Assembly (NCBI GenBank): GCA_029856045.1
Contig: JAHQWG010000028.1
Location: 78,547-142,546, forward strand
DNA from: Promethearchaeia archaeon
GTDB lineage: Archaea; Asgardarchaeota; Lokiarchaeia; Sigyniarchaeales; SOKP01
Direction: 5' to 3'
DNA length: 64,000 nt
The notes below the pieces were generated by a model. That model saw nothing but the letters and a program-made list of their open reading frames with translations. It did no database searches and was not told the DNA's origin. The number at the start of each line of letters is the position of its first letter. Position 1 is the first letter of the stretch. Shown here piece by piece: positions 1 to 9,969 of the stretch. The position numbers and the translations under genes were made by a program.

Positions 1-1721
1 CAATCTTCCACATTGTCGAGAGTAGCGATGACTAATGGACATTTTATTTGCACATTTTTTTTCTTGAGATATATGGTTTTTTTTTCACCTTTTGGAGACT
101 TATAGATAACTGTTCCACCGATTGAAGATATTCCACATTCACGGGGTTCTAGGTAAAAATCAACTCCTCTTGAGTTATTAGGTTCAATTACAGGAATTGA
201 AATTATTTCATTTTTTATATTATAACTAGAAGGGGCATCAAGTATAATCTTAATAGAGTGAATTGCCACATCATTATGATTTCGAACTACTATTTTAAAG
301 TGTAATTGACCTCCTTGAAAATCATATTCTCTAAGAACTTCAACCTTATCAGATAACTTTAAGTCATCAGTTGGAATCTCATCTAATTTTATTGAATATT
401 GAGATGGGATGGGAGTTACTTTTTCAAGAATGAACATTTTATTTAAAGAATCAATATATCCTTCAATGGAGCCCCGTGATATCAGAATTGCTAATTTTTC
501 CTCAATATTTGACTCAGTTATTCCTAAACGTCTCGCTAATTCTGTTAATGAAATTTTCCTATAAACTTTAGTTACTTCTTTTATTTTGATTTCTAAGTGT
601 TTTTGAGTCATAAATTCTCTTCTCTGAGTAAATACACCCTTAAGTTCTCCACTTTGTATAAGATTAAATAAAGTTCTCCGATTTAATTCCACAGCGATTT
701 TAAGATCTTCTGAAATTTTATTAAGTTTAAAAATTCCTTTATCTTTTGCATATTCCTTTATTTCAATATTTAATTGATTTTGGGTGATTATTTCTTTTCC
801 TTTATCTGCAAAAAAAGCAAATAACTTCTCTAATTTCATTAGATTTACGCAAAAATTTTTAATATTTTCTTGAGGTAAATCTAATTCTTCACTAAGTTTT
901 ATTATTGAAATTCTGCCCTTTAAATTAATAATATCAATTATTTTATCGAAGATATATTGTTTAGTATAATATTTCTGCTTGCTTATCGTAAAAGAACCTT
1001 TGATTTTATATTCCTTAATCAACTTTAAGATTAATTTTATTATATTATCAGAACTCATATCTAACATTGAAGATAGATTTTGATTCTCAATAATTCCATC
1101 TTCTTCAATTTTTGAAACAATTTTTTGTTTGATTTCTGATGAGATATAATAAAATAAATTATGAATATTATCGGTAATTCCATAAACTTTATTTTCATTA
1201 ATAAAATTTTTAATAATTCCAACAATCTCGTCTGAACTGACGTTAAACATTGTTGATAACGTAGTAAAATTAGTAATTGAGGCACTTTTTAATACTGCTA
1301 AAAGACATTGGGGGCATACTTCCTTACCTTCGAATTTTCTTAATTTTTTATTGCATACTTCATCAAATTTTATTATACCAAGTCTTTTTGCATCTCTAAG
1401 AACTCTTTCTTTATAAGGATAAAATATTCCAGGAGATTTTAAATACGAATTCCATCCACATTTTTTATCAGTGCATTTTAAATAGAATTGACCAGATGAT
1501 AATCTATCTAACTGTAGTAGCGCTTTACATTCAGGACATGAACTTCTTTCTATTATGGAACAGCGATATCTTAGATCTTTAGCATTAACTCGTGAATAAT
1601 ATAAATTATGATCTTTACAATACCATTTCTCTGTACTAATCACATGGTTTATGCAAAAGGAAGCTCCACACTTCTCACAAGTAAATACTACGTTTTCATC
1701 TTCACAAAATTCGCATTTCAT
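1..1721 (-). CDS. Partial CDS whose 3' end runs off the left edge. It has N-terminal Cys-rich zinc-ribbon modules, about five tandem winged-helix (PCI-like) modules and a beta-rich C-terminal domain.
   Basis: This ORF is not in the supplied track because it has no stop inside the window. Manual reverse-complement translation from the ATG at 1721-1719 gives MKCEFCEDENVVFTCEKCGASFCINH. Further Cys pairs follow (CPECK..CTDKKCGW; CNKK..CPQC). Repeated units of about 45 aa come next, such as ISLTELARRLGITESNIEEKLAILISRGSIEGYIDSLNKMF. I checked the in-frame triplets for 1-182 and found no stop. The track lists no same-frame ORF that a stop would have created, and no competing ORF in 1-1060. Confidence 0.6.
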   Translation of the reverse strand, partial: MKCEFCEDENVVFTCEKCGASFCINHVISTEKWYCKDHNLYYSRVNAKDLRYRCSIIERSSCPECKALLQLDRLSSGQFYLKCTDKKCGWNSYLKSPGIFYPYKERVLRDAKRLGIIKFDEVCNKKLRKFEGKEVCPQCLLAVLKSASITNFTTLSTMFNVSSDEIVGIIKNFINENKVYGITDNIHNLFYYISSEIKQKIVSKIEEDGIIENQNLSSMLDMSSDNIIKLILKLIKEYKIKGSFTISKQKYYTKQYIFDKIIDIINLKGRISIIKLSEELDLPQENIKNFCVNLMKLEKLFAFFADKGKEIITQNQLNIEIKEYAKDKGIFKLNKISEDLKIAVELNRRTLFNLIQSGELKGVFTQRREFMTQKHLEIKIKEVTKVYRKISLTELARRLGITESNIEEKLAILISRGSIEGYIDSLNKMFILEKVTPIPSQYSIKLDEIPTDDLKLSDKVEVLREYDFQGGQLHFKIVVRNHNDVAIHSIKIILDAPSSYNIKNEIISIPVIEPNNSRGVDFYLEPRECGISSIGGTVIYKSPKGEKKTIYLKKKNVQIKCPLVIATLDNVED

Positions 1722-1847
1722 TTTTTAAAAACTATTCTTCTTTTAGTAAAGATATATATTGCATTATTAAAAATTTTTATAGTCCAATAATTATTATTTA
1801 GAAATTTAACCTACAATATGAAAAAAAGAAGTTGGTAATTTATACTC

Positions 1848-2480
1848 CTAAATGATAGGAAAAATATCAATTTGAAATATTGAAAGAATTAATATCACAA
1901 TATTAAAAAAAATTATCAAAATAATCATTATTAGAGAAACTTTATTGGATCTTTGAGTTTCTATCCTTCTTCTTCTTGAACCAAATTCGCTTATAATTGC
2001 TAAAGGGAACAATCCAAGAAATGTGCCTAAAGAAAAGGATAAGATTGTTAACAATCCACTTATTAAGCCGTAGCTTAATGTCCAAGTAAAACATTGAGTA
2101 TAAATTATTATTTCAAATATACATGGGGGAATACCAGCTAAAATCCCAATGATATAAGGTGTTCTTTTTCTTTTCCAATCAATATCCATCTTTAATTCAT
2201 CAGCATATCTAGAATGAGGGGCATAATGGTGAGTAATAATATAAATCAACATATAAACTGATACTACACAGCTTATTAATGCCCCGAAAAAATTATTAAC
2301 ATAATTTTCTGTAGGAATCAATGTAAAAATTAAACTAAATAATGAAGTAAGTGTGCCAATAAGCACATTAGCTGTCATTAGTCCAGCACCATATATTATT
2401 AAAGTTATCATACTACTTTTCCAATCCTTACTTATACCAAATGACCAAAAACAAAAAATTGCTTTATCTTCACACGGCAT
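1848..2480 (-). CDS. Polytopic membrane protein, possibly metal-transporter-like. Function uncertain.
   Basis: 210-aa ORF with about six hydrophobic segments and a His-rich loop (ITHHYAPHSRY). The frame stays open upstream of the listed ATG (..LVLWPAFVIGLLHTI-MPCEDKA) back to a stop at 2565-2567, with no ATG/GTG/TTG in that stretch. The true N-terminus is therefore unclear. Confidence 0.45.
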   Translation of the reverse strand: MPCEDKAIFCFWSFGISKDWKSSMITLIIYGAGLMTANVLIGTLTSLFSLIFTLIPTENYVNNFFGALISCVVSVYMLIYIITHHYAPHSRYADELKMDIDWKRKRTPYIIGILAGIPPCIFEIIIYTQCFTWTLSYGLISGLLTILSFSLGTFLGLFPLAIISEFGSRRRRIETQRSNKVSLIMIILIIFFNIVILILSIFQIDIFPII

Positions 2481-2707
2481 AATTGTATGTAATAAGCCTA
2501 TGACAAAAGCTGGCCATAATACAAGCAGTTGTTCAAGAATCTTGGATTCCCCTGAAAAGAAATGTTAAGTTAATATTTAATATATAGATTTGTATCTTCC
2601 TTATTTTAAATTTTATATTTAATATTAAGATCTGTTTATTTATTATTATTATTTTATCTAATTGCCTTTATGATCGAAGAATCTCTTAATAAAATTTTTT
2701 GTGATAA

Positions 2708-3973
2708 TTATAACTGATTTCTTCCATTTTTCTTTAATGCAAATTTAATTAATCCATAGAAACATAATAGTAAGAATATAGTTGGAATAAAATTATAAGG
2801 AAATAGGTCGTGAATCAGATACCAGAGACCAGTAAAAAGCATACTAAAAAAACTCAATCCAAAGAAACCGGGTTTTACATATTTTTTAAAGATTAAAGGG
2901 CTATTTGAGGAATAAAAGAATGTGATTGATAAAATTGGTACCAAAATTACAAGGTGATGGTCCCAACTATCAAAATAAACTAATAACATAATTACTAATC
3001 CAAAACTAAAAGCATGAGTTATATCAAATTGTGGATTAACCTTTATAAAATATATGAAAATACCAAATATGCCAATTAACATAAAAATTACAAAAAAAAC
3101 TATAAAAGAACTGCTAGAAATTCCACTTAAATTAAGTGCATTTAAAACCAATCGCGTAATACTAAATGAATGATTTACAATTTCTGGGGTTGAACCTAAA
3201 AAATTTACTTCTAAAAAGCCATTCCATAAACTTGGAATAAATATGAAAAATAAAATATTGAAACTTAATGGGAATATAACACCAATCAATCTCAGTATGC
3301 TTCTAAAGAAATCAATATTAATTTTTTTATTTTTTAAGTCAATTTTTATTAATAATAAAAAAGGAACTATGAAAACTGTTATTGGTTTTATAATTATACT
3401 TATTCCTAAGCAAATACCTCCAAGAATTTCCATAAAAAGCGATGTTTTTGTTTTAAAAAAATAAATCGAAATTAATAGAAAAAAAGTAACAAAAAGGTTG
3501 ATTTGTCCAAGAATATAATTAATTGAATGCGGAATAATTAAGAGAAAAATGCTAATATAAAGAATTACTCTTTTCTTATCCAAGTCTTCAACATTGGAAT
3601 TTACTGAAATGCATTTAACCATTAATACACAAATCGAATAGGTAGTAATTAAATTCAATAATTGGAATCCAATAAAACCTAAATCATAACCTAATAAATA
3701 AAATGGGACAAAAATAAATGCGGAGAGCGGAAAATACCTGAACGGCCAATCATAATTTGCCTCATTATATAAGTCTGGGAGGTTAGTGATCACCTGTTTT
3801 CCTACATTATAATACGTTAAGAAATCGTTTTGATTATGTAAAATAGTAAAAAATAATATTAGAGAAAGAGCAAAATAAAATAAATGTATAAAAAATGCGA
3901 TTTTAAATAATTTTTCATTCCAAAATTCTTTGAAGTTATTCTTTTTGTTTAATAGAAAAGATTTAAAATCCAT
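2708..3973 (-). CDS. GT-C-type integral membrane glycosyltransferase-like protein (DUF2029/GT87-like)
   Basis: 421 aa with more than 10 predicted TM segments. It has an aromatic-rich first loop (YNEANYDWPFRYFPLSAF) and a KPITVFIVPFLLL segment, both typical of mannosyltransferase-like GT-C proteins. Assignment is by eye only. Confidence 0.45.
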   Translation of the reverse strand: MDFKSFLLNKKNNFKEFWNEKLFKIAFFIHLFYFALSLILFFTILHNQNDFLTYYNVGKQVITNLPDLYNEANYDWPFRYFPLSAFIFVPFYLLGYDLGFIGFQLLNLITTYSICVLMVKCISVNSNVEDLDKKRVILYISIFLLIIPHSINYILGQINLFVTFFLLISIYFFKTKTSLFMEILGGICLGISIIIKPITVFIVPFLLLIKIDLKNKKINIDFFRSILRLIGVIFPLSFNILFFIFIPSLWNGFLEVNFLGSTPEIVNHSFSITRLVLNALNLSGISSSSFIVFFVIFMLIGIFGIFIYFIKVNPQFDITHAFSFGLVIMLLVYFDSWDHHLVILVPILSITFFYSSNSPLIFKKYVKPGFFGLSFFSMLFTGLWYLIHDLFPYNFIPTIFLLLCFYGLIKFALKKNGRNQL

Positions 3974-4046
3974 TAAGAAAATAGAAAATAATTTTTCAAA
4001 AAAGTCTTACTAAAATTTTTTAATTTTAAACTATAAAAGTTAAATT

Positions 4047-5486
4047 ATGTCATTAATCGATAAAAAAAGACAATTAATAAAAGTTACTTTTGGTGTAATA
4101 GTCGGAAATAGAGATGTTTTTCCAGACCAACTTGCAAAATCTGGTAGAGTAGAAATTATTGAAGTTTTAAAAGAATTAGGTTGCGATTATGTCATTTTAA
4201 ATGAAAAGGATACTAGATTTGGAGTTGTAGAAACCCTTTCAGACGCAAAAAAATGTGCAAATTTATTTAAAGCCAATCGGGATAAGATTATGGGAATTAT
4301 TGTTGTTTTACCTAATTTTGGTGATGAGAAAGGAGTTGCAAACTCTATAAAGATGGCGGATCTAAATGTTCCGATATTAATTCAAGCCTCATCTGATGAT
4401 ATAAAACAAATGGATCGAAAATTTAGAAGAGATGCTTTTTGTGGGAAAATCTCAGTATGCAATAATCTATATCAGTATGGAATTCCCTTTACCTTAACAA
4501 AATCCCATACATGTCCGATTACTTCAAAAGAATTCAAGAATGATATCATAAAGTTTGAAGCAATCTGTAGAATCGTTCATAAAGTGAGAAATGCAAGATT
4601 GGGACAAATTGGAACAAGACCGGCGGCTTTCAATACGGTTCGATATAGTGAAAAGATCTTGGAAAAAAATGGAATTTCTATAGAACCAATAGATTTATCA
4701 GAAATTCTGGCTGCAATAAATAACTTAAGCAATGATGATTTAGATGTAAAAGAGACAGTGGAGTATATAAAAAACTATACAGAAACTAAGATATTCCCTG
4801 AAGAAGGTATAATAAAATTAGCCAAATTAACAGTAGTTATAAAAAATTGGGTAAAGGAGAATGATTTAGATGGTTTTGCATTTCAATGTTGGCCTAGCAT
4901 TCAAGATAATTTCGGTATTGTGCCTTGTGCAGTATTAAGTATGTTTAGTGAAGGATTAATACCGGGGGCATGTGAAGTAGATATTTCTGGATTAATAGGA
5001 ATGTTAATATTACAATTGGCTTCGAATAACCCTTCAGCAATATTAGATTGGAATAATAATTATAAGTATGAAGAAGATAAAATGGTAACATTTCATTGTT
5101 CAAATCTACCGAGATCATTTTTAAAAGGAGCACAGATTACAACTCATCCAATTATATCTGATGGAAAAGGAGCAGAAAAATCATTCGGCGCTATACAAGG
5201 TAGAATTCTTGCTGAATCTTGCACATTTCTTAGAATTGAAACCGATGATATCAATGGAAAAATTAAATGTATATTAGGTGAAGGAAAATATACTGAAGAT
5301 CCTTTACAAACTTTCGGAGGATATGGTGTTCTTCAAATTCCACATTTACAGAAATTATTAAAAAAAATTTGCACGAGTGGATTTGCCCATCATGTTGCAG
5401 TTACCCTAAATAAAGTAGGAGATATAATAAATGAAGCAATAACCACATATTTAGGATGGGAAATTGATTATCACACAAAAGAGTAA
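4047..5486 (+). CDS. L-fucose/L-arabinose isomerase family protein
   Basis: 479 aa. The N-terminal VTFGVIVGNRDVFP..GIIVVLPNFGDE and the C-terminal GFAHHVAVTLNKVGD..LGWEI match the FucI-like sugar isomerase architecture. Confidence 0.6.
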   Translation: MSLIDKKRQLIKVTFGVIVGNRDVFPDQLAKSGRVEIIEVLKELGCDYVILNEKDTRFGVVETLSDAKKCANLFKANRDKIMGIIVVLPNFGDEKGVANSIKMADLNVPILIQASSDDIKQMDRKFRRDAFCGKISVCNNLYQYGIPFTLTKSHTCPITSKEFKNDIIKFEAICRIVHKVRNARLGQIGTRPAAFNTVRYSEKILEKNGISIEPIDLSEILAAINNLSNDDLDVKETVEYIKNYTETKIFPEEGIIKLAKLTVVIKNWVKENDLDGFAFQCWPSIQDNFGIVPCAVLSMFSEGLIPGACEVDISGLIGMLILQLASNNPSAILDWNNNYKYEEDKMVTFHCSNLPRSFLKGAQITTHPIISDGKGAEKSFGAIQGRILAESCTFLRIETDDINGKIKCILGEGKYTEDPLQTFGGYGVLQIPHLQKLLKKICTSGFAHHVAVTLNKVGDIINEAITTYLGWEIDYHTKE

Positions 5487-5515
5487 TAGTTTATTAGAAA
5501 TTTATCCCATTTTTA

Positions 5516-8500
5516 TTAGAAAAAATATTCAAATACCCAGAAAACTGTAAATAATCCAGTAGCTCCGAGTAAAATCCAGAAAAGAAGTTTAATAAACCCA
5601 CTACTCAGAAATGTTATTGATTTAATGAGTATATTCCTTAACATTTTTACTTTTCCAACTGTGAAACTATCTTTATTAACAAAAAAAAGATGCTTATTTA
5701 AAAGATGCTGATTGTCCATTTGTTGAATTAACCGTTTAACTTTGTTTATCGCTTTGAATTGTTTATTTTTATCAGGAGAATTTATATGTTTAAAATTAAG
5801 AATTGTACCAATCACTTTATATTGAATATCGGTTCCATCTGGTTTTTTTTTTATAGAGTCTTTAACAAACTTTAATAAATATTTTAAATTAACAATTTTT
5901 TCTGGATCAGGTTCCAAAAATGTTTCTGGTGCTATATATTGGATGAAGACCTTCTCGTTAAATAAATCGCTGTTAATTATTATTTCAAGATCATTATTTG
6001 ACAGAGGAGGTATATGTTCTTTAATTTTTTTTAAATCAACAGCAAAGGACTTTCTGAGATTAAACCCATCACCAATATTATTAATTTGACTATTTTTTAA
6101 ATATGTATAGAGTTTAAAGCAACCATTTTGATATGTTTTATCTATAAATTTTTCAATCTCTTTTTGATTTCTTTCCTTGATTTTTACTTTTACATCTTTA
6201 TAAACATTCAGCACCTCATTTATTATTAATCTCTTTAATTTAATCTCTGTATCAATTGTAAATCTCAATTTATTGAAAGTATTCTTGATTTCAAAACCAT
6301 CTAAATTATAAAAACAATATTTTATCAAATGGTTTAATTTTAACTTATTTAGTCTGGTAATTTTCTTGTTTATAGATGAAGTCTTTCTTATTAAAGATTC
6401 TAAAAGTAGATTCAATTTATTATAAAATGTGATATATTTATCGGCAACTTCTTCTTCTTTGCTTATTTTTGGTTTTTTAATCGATTTTGATTCAAAATGT
6501 TGATGATAATATTCAATTGAGCCATTATAATCGTCCTTTAGAGAAGAAATAAGTTCGGAATCAAACTCACTTAGATTAATTATTGGGTTCAATTCTAATG
6601 CTTTTTTATAGTATTCAAATCCAATTTTTTTCTTCTCTTTTTTAAAATACACTACTGCTAAATTTATCATCGCTAATAGGTTATTTGGATTATATTTAAG
6701 GGCTTTTTTGAATTTCTTAATAGCCTTTCTAAATAAGTTATTTTTGTAGTAACAGATTCCAAGATCATTTAAAATAGAAATATCGGAGGTATATATTTGA
6801 AGAGCAATTTCGAAATATTTAGCAGCGTAAGAATATCGTTTCTTATTGAAATTAGAAAAACCAGCATTACATAATTCAATTTTAAAAAATTTTATCAAAT
6901 CATTTTTTAATCTACTGGATTCTAATACGTCTAAATAAGCTTTCTTTATTTGATAATTAAGGTAATTATTAAAATTAAATCCAAGTTTCTGAAGCGTTTT
7001 TTTAAAATCGTTAATTTGACTTTTAAATCTTTTATCGTAGGTTTTAATAGGATACTTCTCAAATTTTTTAATGTCATAATAGTCATAACTATGATAATCA
7101 TAATCACGAGGATAGCGAGAATTTTCATATTTCACCATTTCAGATTTGAATTCTTGTTTAATTTTTTCTGACAAATAAGAAAGATCATCTTTAATAAGAC
7201 CTTCTAAATTCTCAATTTTATTAAATTCAATTACACCTTTTTTTTTTTCCAATTTTAGGGTTTTTATTAGATCTCCAACAAAAATAGCAAAAATTGAACT
7301 TATAACAATTAAGGTTATCACTAGAGTTATAAATGGATTTAAAAAAGCATTTCTTGGATTTGAAATCCATGAAATTTCCAATATATCATTAATCCCATCC
7401 AAATCGGTATCTTTTTGATTTGGATCTGTAAAATATGTGTTAATCTCCTCCCAATCCGATAATCCATCGCCATCTGTGTCAGAGTCATTCGGATTTGTAG
7501 TAAAATTTTCTTTTTCTAGAATATCTGCAATAGAATCTCCATCTGAATCTATCTGATATTTTAGAATATTCATATCATAACCCCCGTTGTTTGTTTTAGC
7601 GACAATATATGTATTATTTAAAGAATCAAAGGCAATTCCTCTTCCCACATTTCTCTCATCTAAACCCCATGTAACATTAGTAATCAAATTACCAGAATCA
7701 CTAATTGATAAATAGATTAGATTTTTCTCAAAGCTACCATAACTAGAGGTACTTCCTGTAATATGAATATTATTTAGCGAGTCCAATTGTAAATCAAACC
7801 CATCTTCTGATTCAGTTCCACCCCAAGTTTTATTCCAAACTTGCTGACCATCATTATCAAATTTAATAAGTAATAAATCGCTCTTATTACTTTCGCTCTG
7901 GTTATATCCAACAATATAAAGATTGTTAAGTGAATCAATAGCAATATTTCTTCCCCATCCATGTTTATTAGCATGCCACTGAGTGTTCCATTTCATATCA
8001 CCAGTACTATTGAATTTTGTTAAAAATATGTCATTATTACGATTTGTTACGACGTAAAAGTTGTTATCTTTATCTAAAACAATCCCCTCAGGATTTCTAA
8101 ATTCTTCTAATGTCCATTTTTTCGACCATTTTTGAGATCCCGAACTGTTAACATATATTATAGTTAATTCTCCATTTAATTCGCCTAAAACATAGACATT
8201 ATTTAATGAATCTATAGCAATACCTCTTCCATAATCATCATACATTGAAGTCCATGTTTTAGACCACTCAAAAATTCCCTGGTTATTAAACTTTAATAAA
8301 AAAATATCATATTTTTGATTAGTGGGTTCGGTACTCCCCACAACATAAATATTTCCATTTGAATCTATTTGCATTTCTGCTGGAAACTCATAATTTGTAC
8401 CACCCCATGTCTGATTCCAAATTTGAGATCCTTTACTGTTATACTTAACTAGAATAATATCATAACTACCTACACCATAACTTCGCGTGTTACCTACAAT

Positions 8501-8737
8501 AAAAATATTATCTTCAGAATCTATATCAACATCATAAGGGTTATCAGAATAATTTCCAGGCCACTCTTTATTCCATTCAATAACGTAAGTAGGGTTATCT
8601 AAGAATATAGGATTAATGGGATTATAATAACTATGTATAAAACATGTTAACAGCAAAATTGAGGAGATTGTTAAGATGAAAAATATACTCGAATTTACTA
8701 ATCTAATTATAATTTTATTAACCAAATTAATAACCAT
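5516..8737 (-). CDS. Transmembrane receptor-like protein with an extracellular 7-blade SBBP-type beta-propeller, TSP3-like Ca-binding repeats, a TM helix, a cytoplasmic TPR-containing region and a C-terminal TM segment
   Basis: 1073 aa. N-terminal signal anchor at residues about 17-35. Seven repeats of the D(S)LNNxY(I)VG..D..L.KF...G...W type lie in residues about 70-390. The acidic repeats are DSDGDSIAD, NPNDSDTDGDGLSDWEE and DPNQKDTDLDGIND. A TM helix lies at about 468-488 (FITLVITLIVISSIFAIFVG). TPR-like helices lie at about 633-718 (YAAKYFEIALQIY..AIKKFKKALKYNPNN..YYKKALELNP). The tail is hydrophobic (LLFWILLGATGLFTVFWVF). Confidence 0.7.
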   Translation of the reverse strand: MVINLVNKIIIRLVNSSIFFILTISSILLLTCFIHSYYNPINPIFLDNPTYVIEWNKEWPGNYSDNPYDVDIDSEDNIFIVGNTRSYGVGSYDIILVKYNSKGSQIWNQTWGGTNYEFPAEMQIDSNGNIYVVGSTEPTNQKYDIFLLKFNNQGIFEWSKTWTSMYDDYGRGIAIDSLNNVYVLGELNGELTIIYVNSSGSQKWSKKWTLEEFRNPEGIVLDKDNNFYVVTNRNNDIFLTKFNSTGDMKWNTQWHANKHGWGRNIAIDSLNNLYIVGYNQSESNKSDLLLIKFDNDGQQVWNKTWGGTESEDGFDLQLDSLNNIHITGSTSSYGSFEKNLIYLSISDSGNLITNVTWGLDERNVGRGIAFDSLNNTYIVAKTNNGGYDMNILKYQIDSDGDSIADILEKENFTTNPNDSDTDGDGLSDWEEINTYFTDPNQKDTDLDGINDILEISWISNPRNAFLNPFITLVITLIVISSIFAIFVGDLIKTLKLEKKKGVIEFNKIENLEGLIKDDLSYLSEKIKQEFKSEMVKYENSRYPRDYDYHSYDYYDIKKFEKYPIKTYDKRFKSQINDFKKTLQKLGFNFNNYLNYQIKKAYLDVLESSRLKNDLIKFFKIELCNAGFSNFNKKRYSYAAKYFEIALQIYTSDISILNDLGICYYKNNLFRKAIKKFKKALKYNPNNLLAMINLAVVYFKKEKKKIGFEYYKKALELNPIINLSEFDSELISSLKDDYNGSIEYYHQHFESKSIKKPKISKEEEVADKYITFYNKLNLLLESLIRKTSSINKKITRLNKLKLNHLIKYCFYNLDGFEIKNTFNKLRFTIDTEIKLKRLIINEVLNVYKDVKVKIKERNQKEIEKFIDKTYQNGCFKLYTYLKNSQINNIGDGFNLRKSFAVDLKKIKEHIPPLSNNDLEIIINSDLFNEKVFIQYIAPETFLEPDPEKIVNLKYLLKFVKDSIKKKPDGTDIQYKVIGTILNFKHINSPDKNKQFKAINKVKRLIQQMDNQHLLNKHLFFVNKDSFTVGKVKMLRNILIKSITFLSSGFIKLLFWILLGATGLFTVFWVFEYFF

Positions 8738-8836
8738 TGAAATATAGTATAATATCGCTTTATATTGCGTTTTTCATATATTTAAAATTACTTTATTAAA
8801 TGTTAAATTTTTTTAAAATCTAAATTTGACTATATT

Positions 8837-9919
8837 TCATTTTCCTCTTAAAATTTCAATCGTTTTATTAAAGAATCCCGATTTAATAGCTTTTAAAGTC
8901 TTTTCATTTTTTACAGCCAATAATTGTATTGGATAAAAATCAATGTTTCTGGTATTTCTAACTCTTTGTTTTAAAAATTTTTGTATGGCAATTGAGATAG
9001 CATATTTTGAAATATCACACCCAATCCATTTGCGATTTAATCTCTGTGCCACTTGCAAAGTTGTTCCAGAACCACAAAAAAAATCAGCAATTAAATCTCC
9101 CTCATTACTTCCTATCTGGATTAATCGTTCTAATAACATCGGATGTTTTTGAGTAGGATATCCGGTCCATTCCGAAGAAGCTGGTTGAATACAGGGAATT
9201 TTCCAAACATCATCGGCTTTTTTATCATGAACAATTCTGTATTTTACATGACCATTTTCATCCTTTACATTCTTTAAGACACCATTTACCGATTCTCGCA
9301 TTAATTGCTTGATTGGTTTATCTCTTTTAAGGCGGAGCTCATTAAAAGTATAAGATCTTCCTTTAGAATAAATTAAAATATTATCATGAGCTCTTGGAAG
9401 ATTATTCTTTCCAGCTGAATATTTATTGTAGTAATACCATATAATTTCATTAACAAATCGCTCCTTTCCGAATATTTCATCCAATATTGCCCTTATGTAA
9501 TGTGAAACGTGCCAATCTAAATGTATAATAATAAGACCATTACTTGCTAAAAGCTCTTTCATTAAAATTAAACGTTCATACATCATTTGGAGATATGAAT
9601 CAATATTCTTTCCCCAATTATCTTTATACCCAAATTCCTTAATTATATTTCCATCTAACCGAATTTTTAAAATATAATTGGAACCCGTTGCAAAGGGAGG
9701 ATCAATATAAATTAAATTAATTTTGTCTGTAAATTTTGAGAGTAAATAGAAAATTACATGCTTATTATCCCCCCAAAAAAGTTTATTAGACCAGACATTA
9801 ATCATTTCACCGGAAGAATTAATTGGTCTAATTAACTTTACTCTCTCAAAATTTATGCTATTATCCTTTAATTTATTAACGTCTAAATCTTTTTTATTAG
9901 TCCAAGAGAGTCTAACCAT
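8837..9919 (-). CDS. Beta-class DNA methyltransferase (N6-adenine or N4-cytosine), type III Mod / type IIS-like
   Basis: 360 aa. Motif IV (LIYIDPPFATG) is N-terminal and motif I (DFFCGSGTTLQVA) is C-terminal. NKLFWGDNKHVIFYL precedes motif IV, as in Mod-type enzymes. Confidence 0.8.
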   Translation of the reverse strand: MVRLSWTNKKDLDVNKLKDNSINFERVKLIRPINSSGEMINVWSNKLFWGDNKHVIFYLLSKFTDKINLIYIDPPFATGSNYILKIRLDGNIIKEFGYKDNWGKNIDSYLQMMYERLILMKELLASNGLIIIHLDWHVSHYIRAILDEIFGKERFVNEIIWYYYNKYSAGKNNLPRAHDNILIYSKGRSYTFNELRLKRDKPIKQLMRESVNGVLKNVKDENGHVKYRIVHDKKADDVWKIPCIQPASSEWTGYPTQKHPMLLERLIQIGSNEGDLIADFFCGSGTTLQVAQRLNRKWIGCDISKYAISIAIQKFLKQRVRNTRNIDFYPIQLLAVKNEKTLKAIKSGFFNKTIEILRGK

Positions 9920-9969
9920 TTTATTATTCCTAAATAGTAAATAATATTTTTAAAAATTTACATTTAAAT

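Noticed and set aside
1061-1790. Track ORFs 1061-1285 (-) and 1608-1790 (+).
   Set aside because: Both overlap the long edge-truncated minus-strand ORF (1-1721), in another frame or on the other strand. That ORF has coherent zinc-ribbon and winged-helix content, and these two have none.
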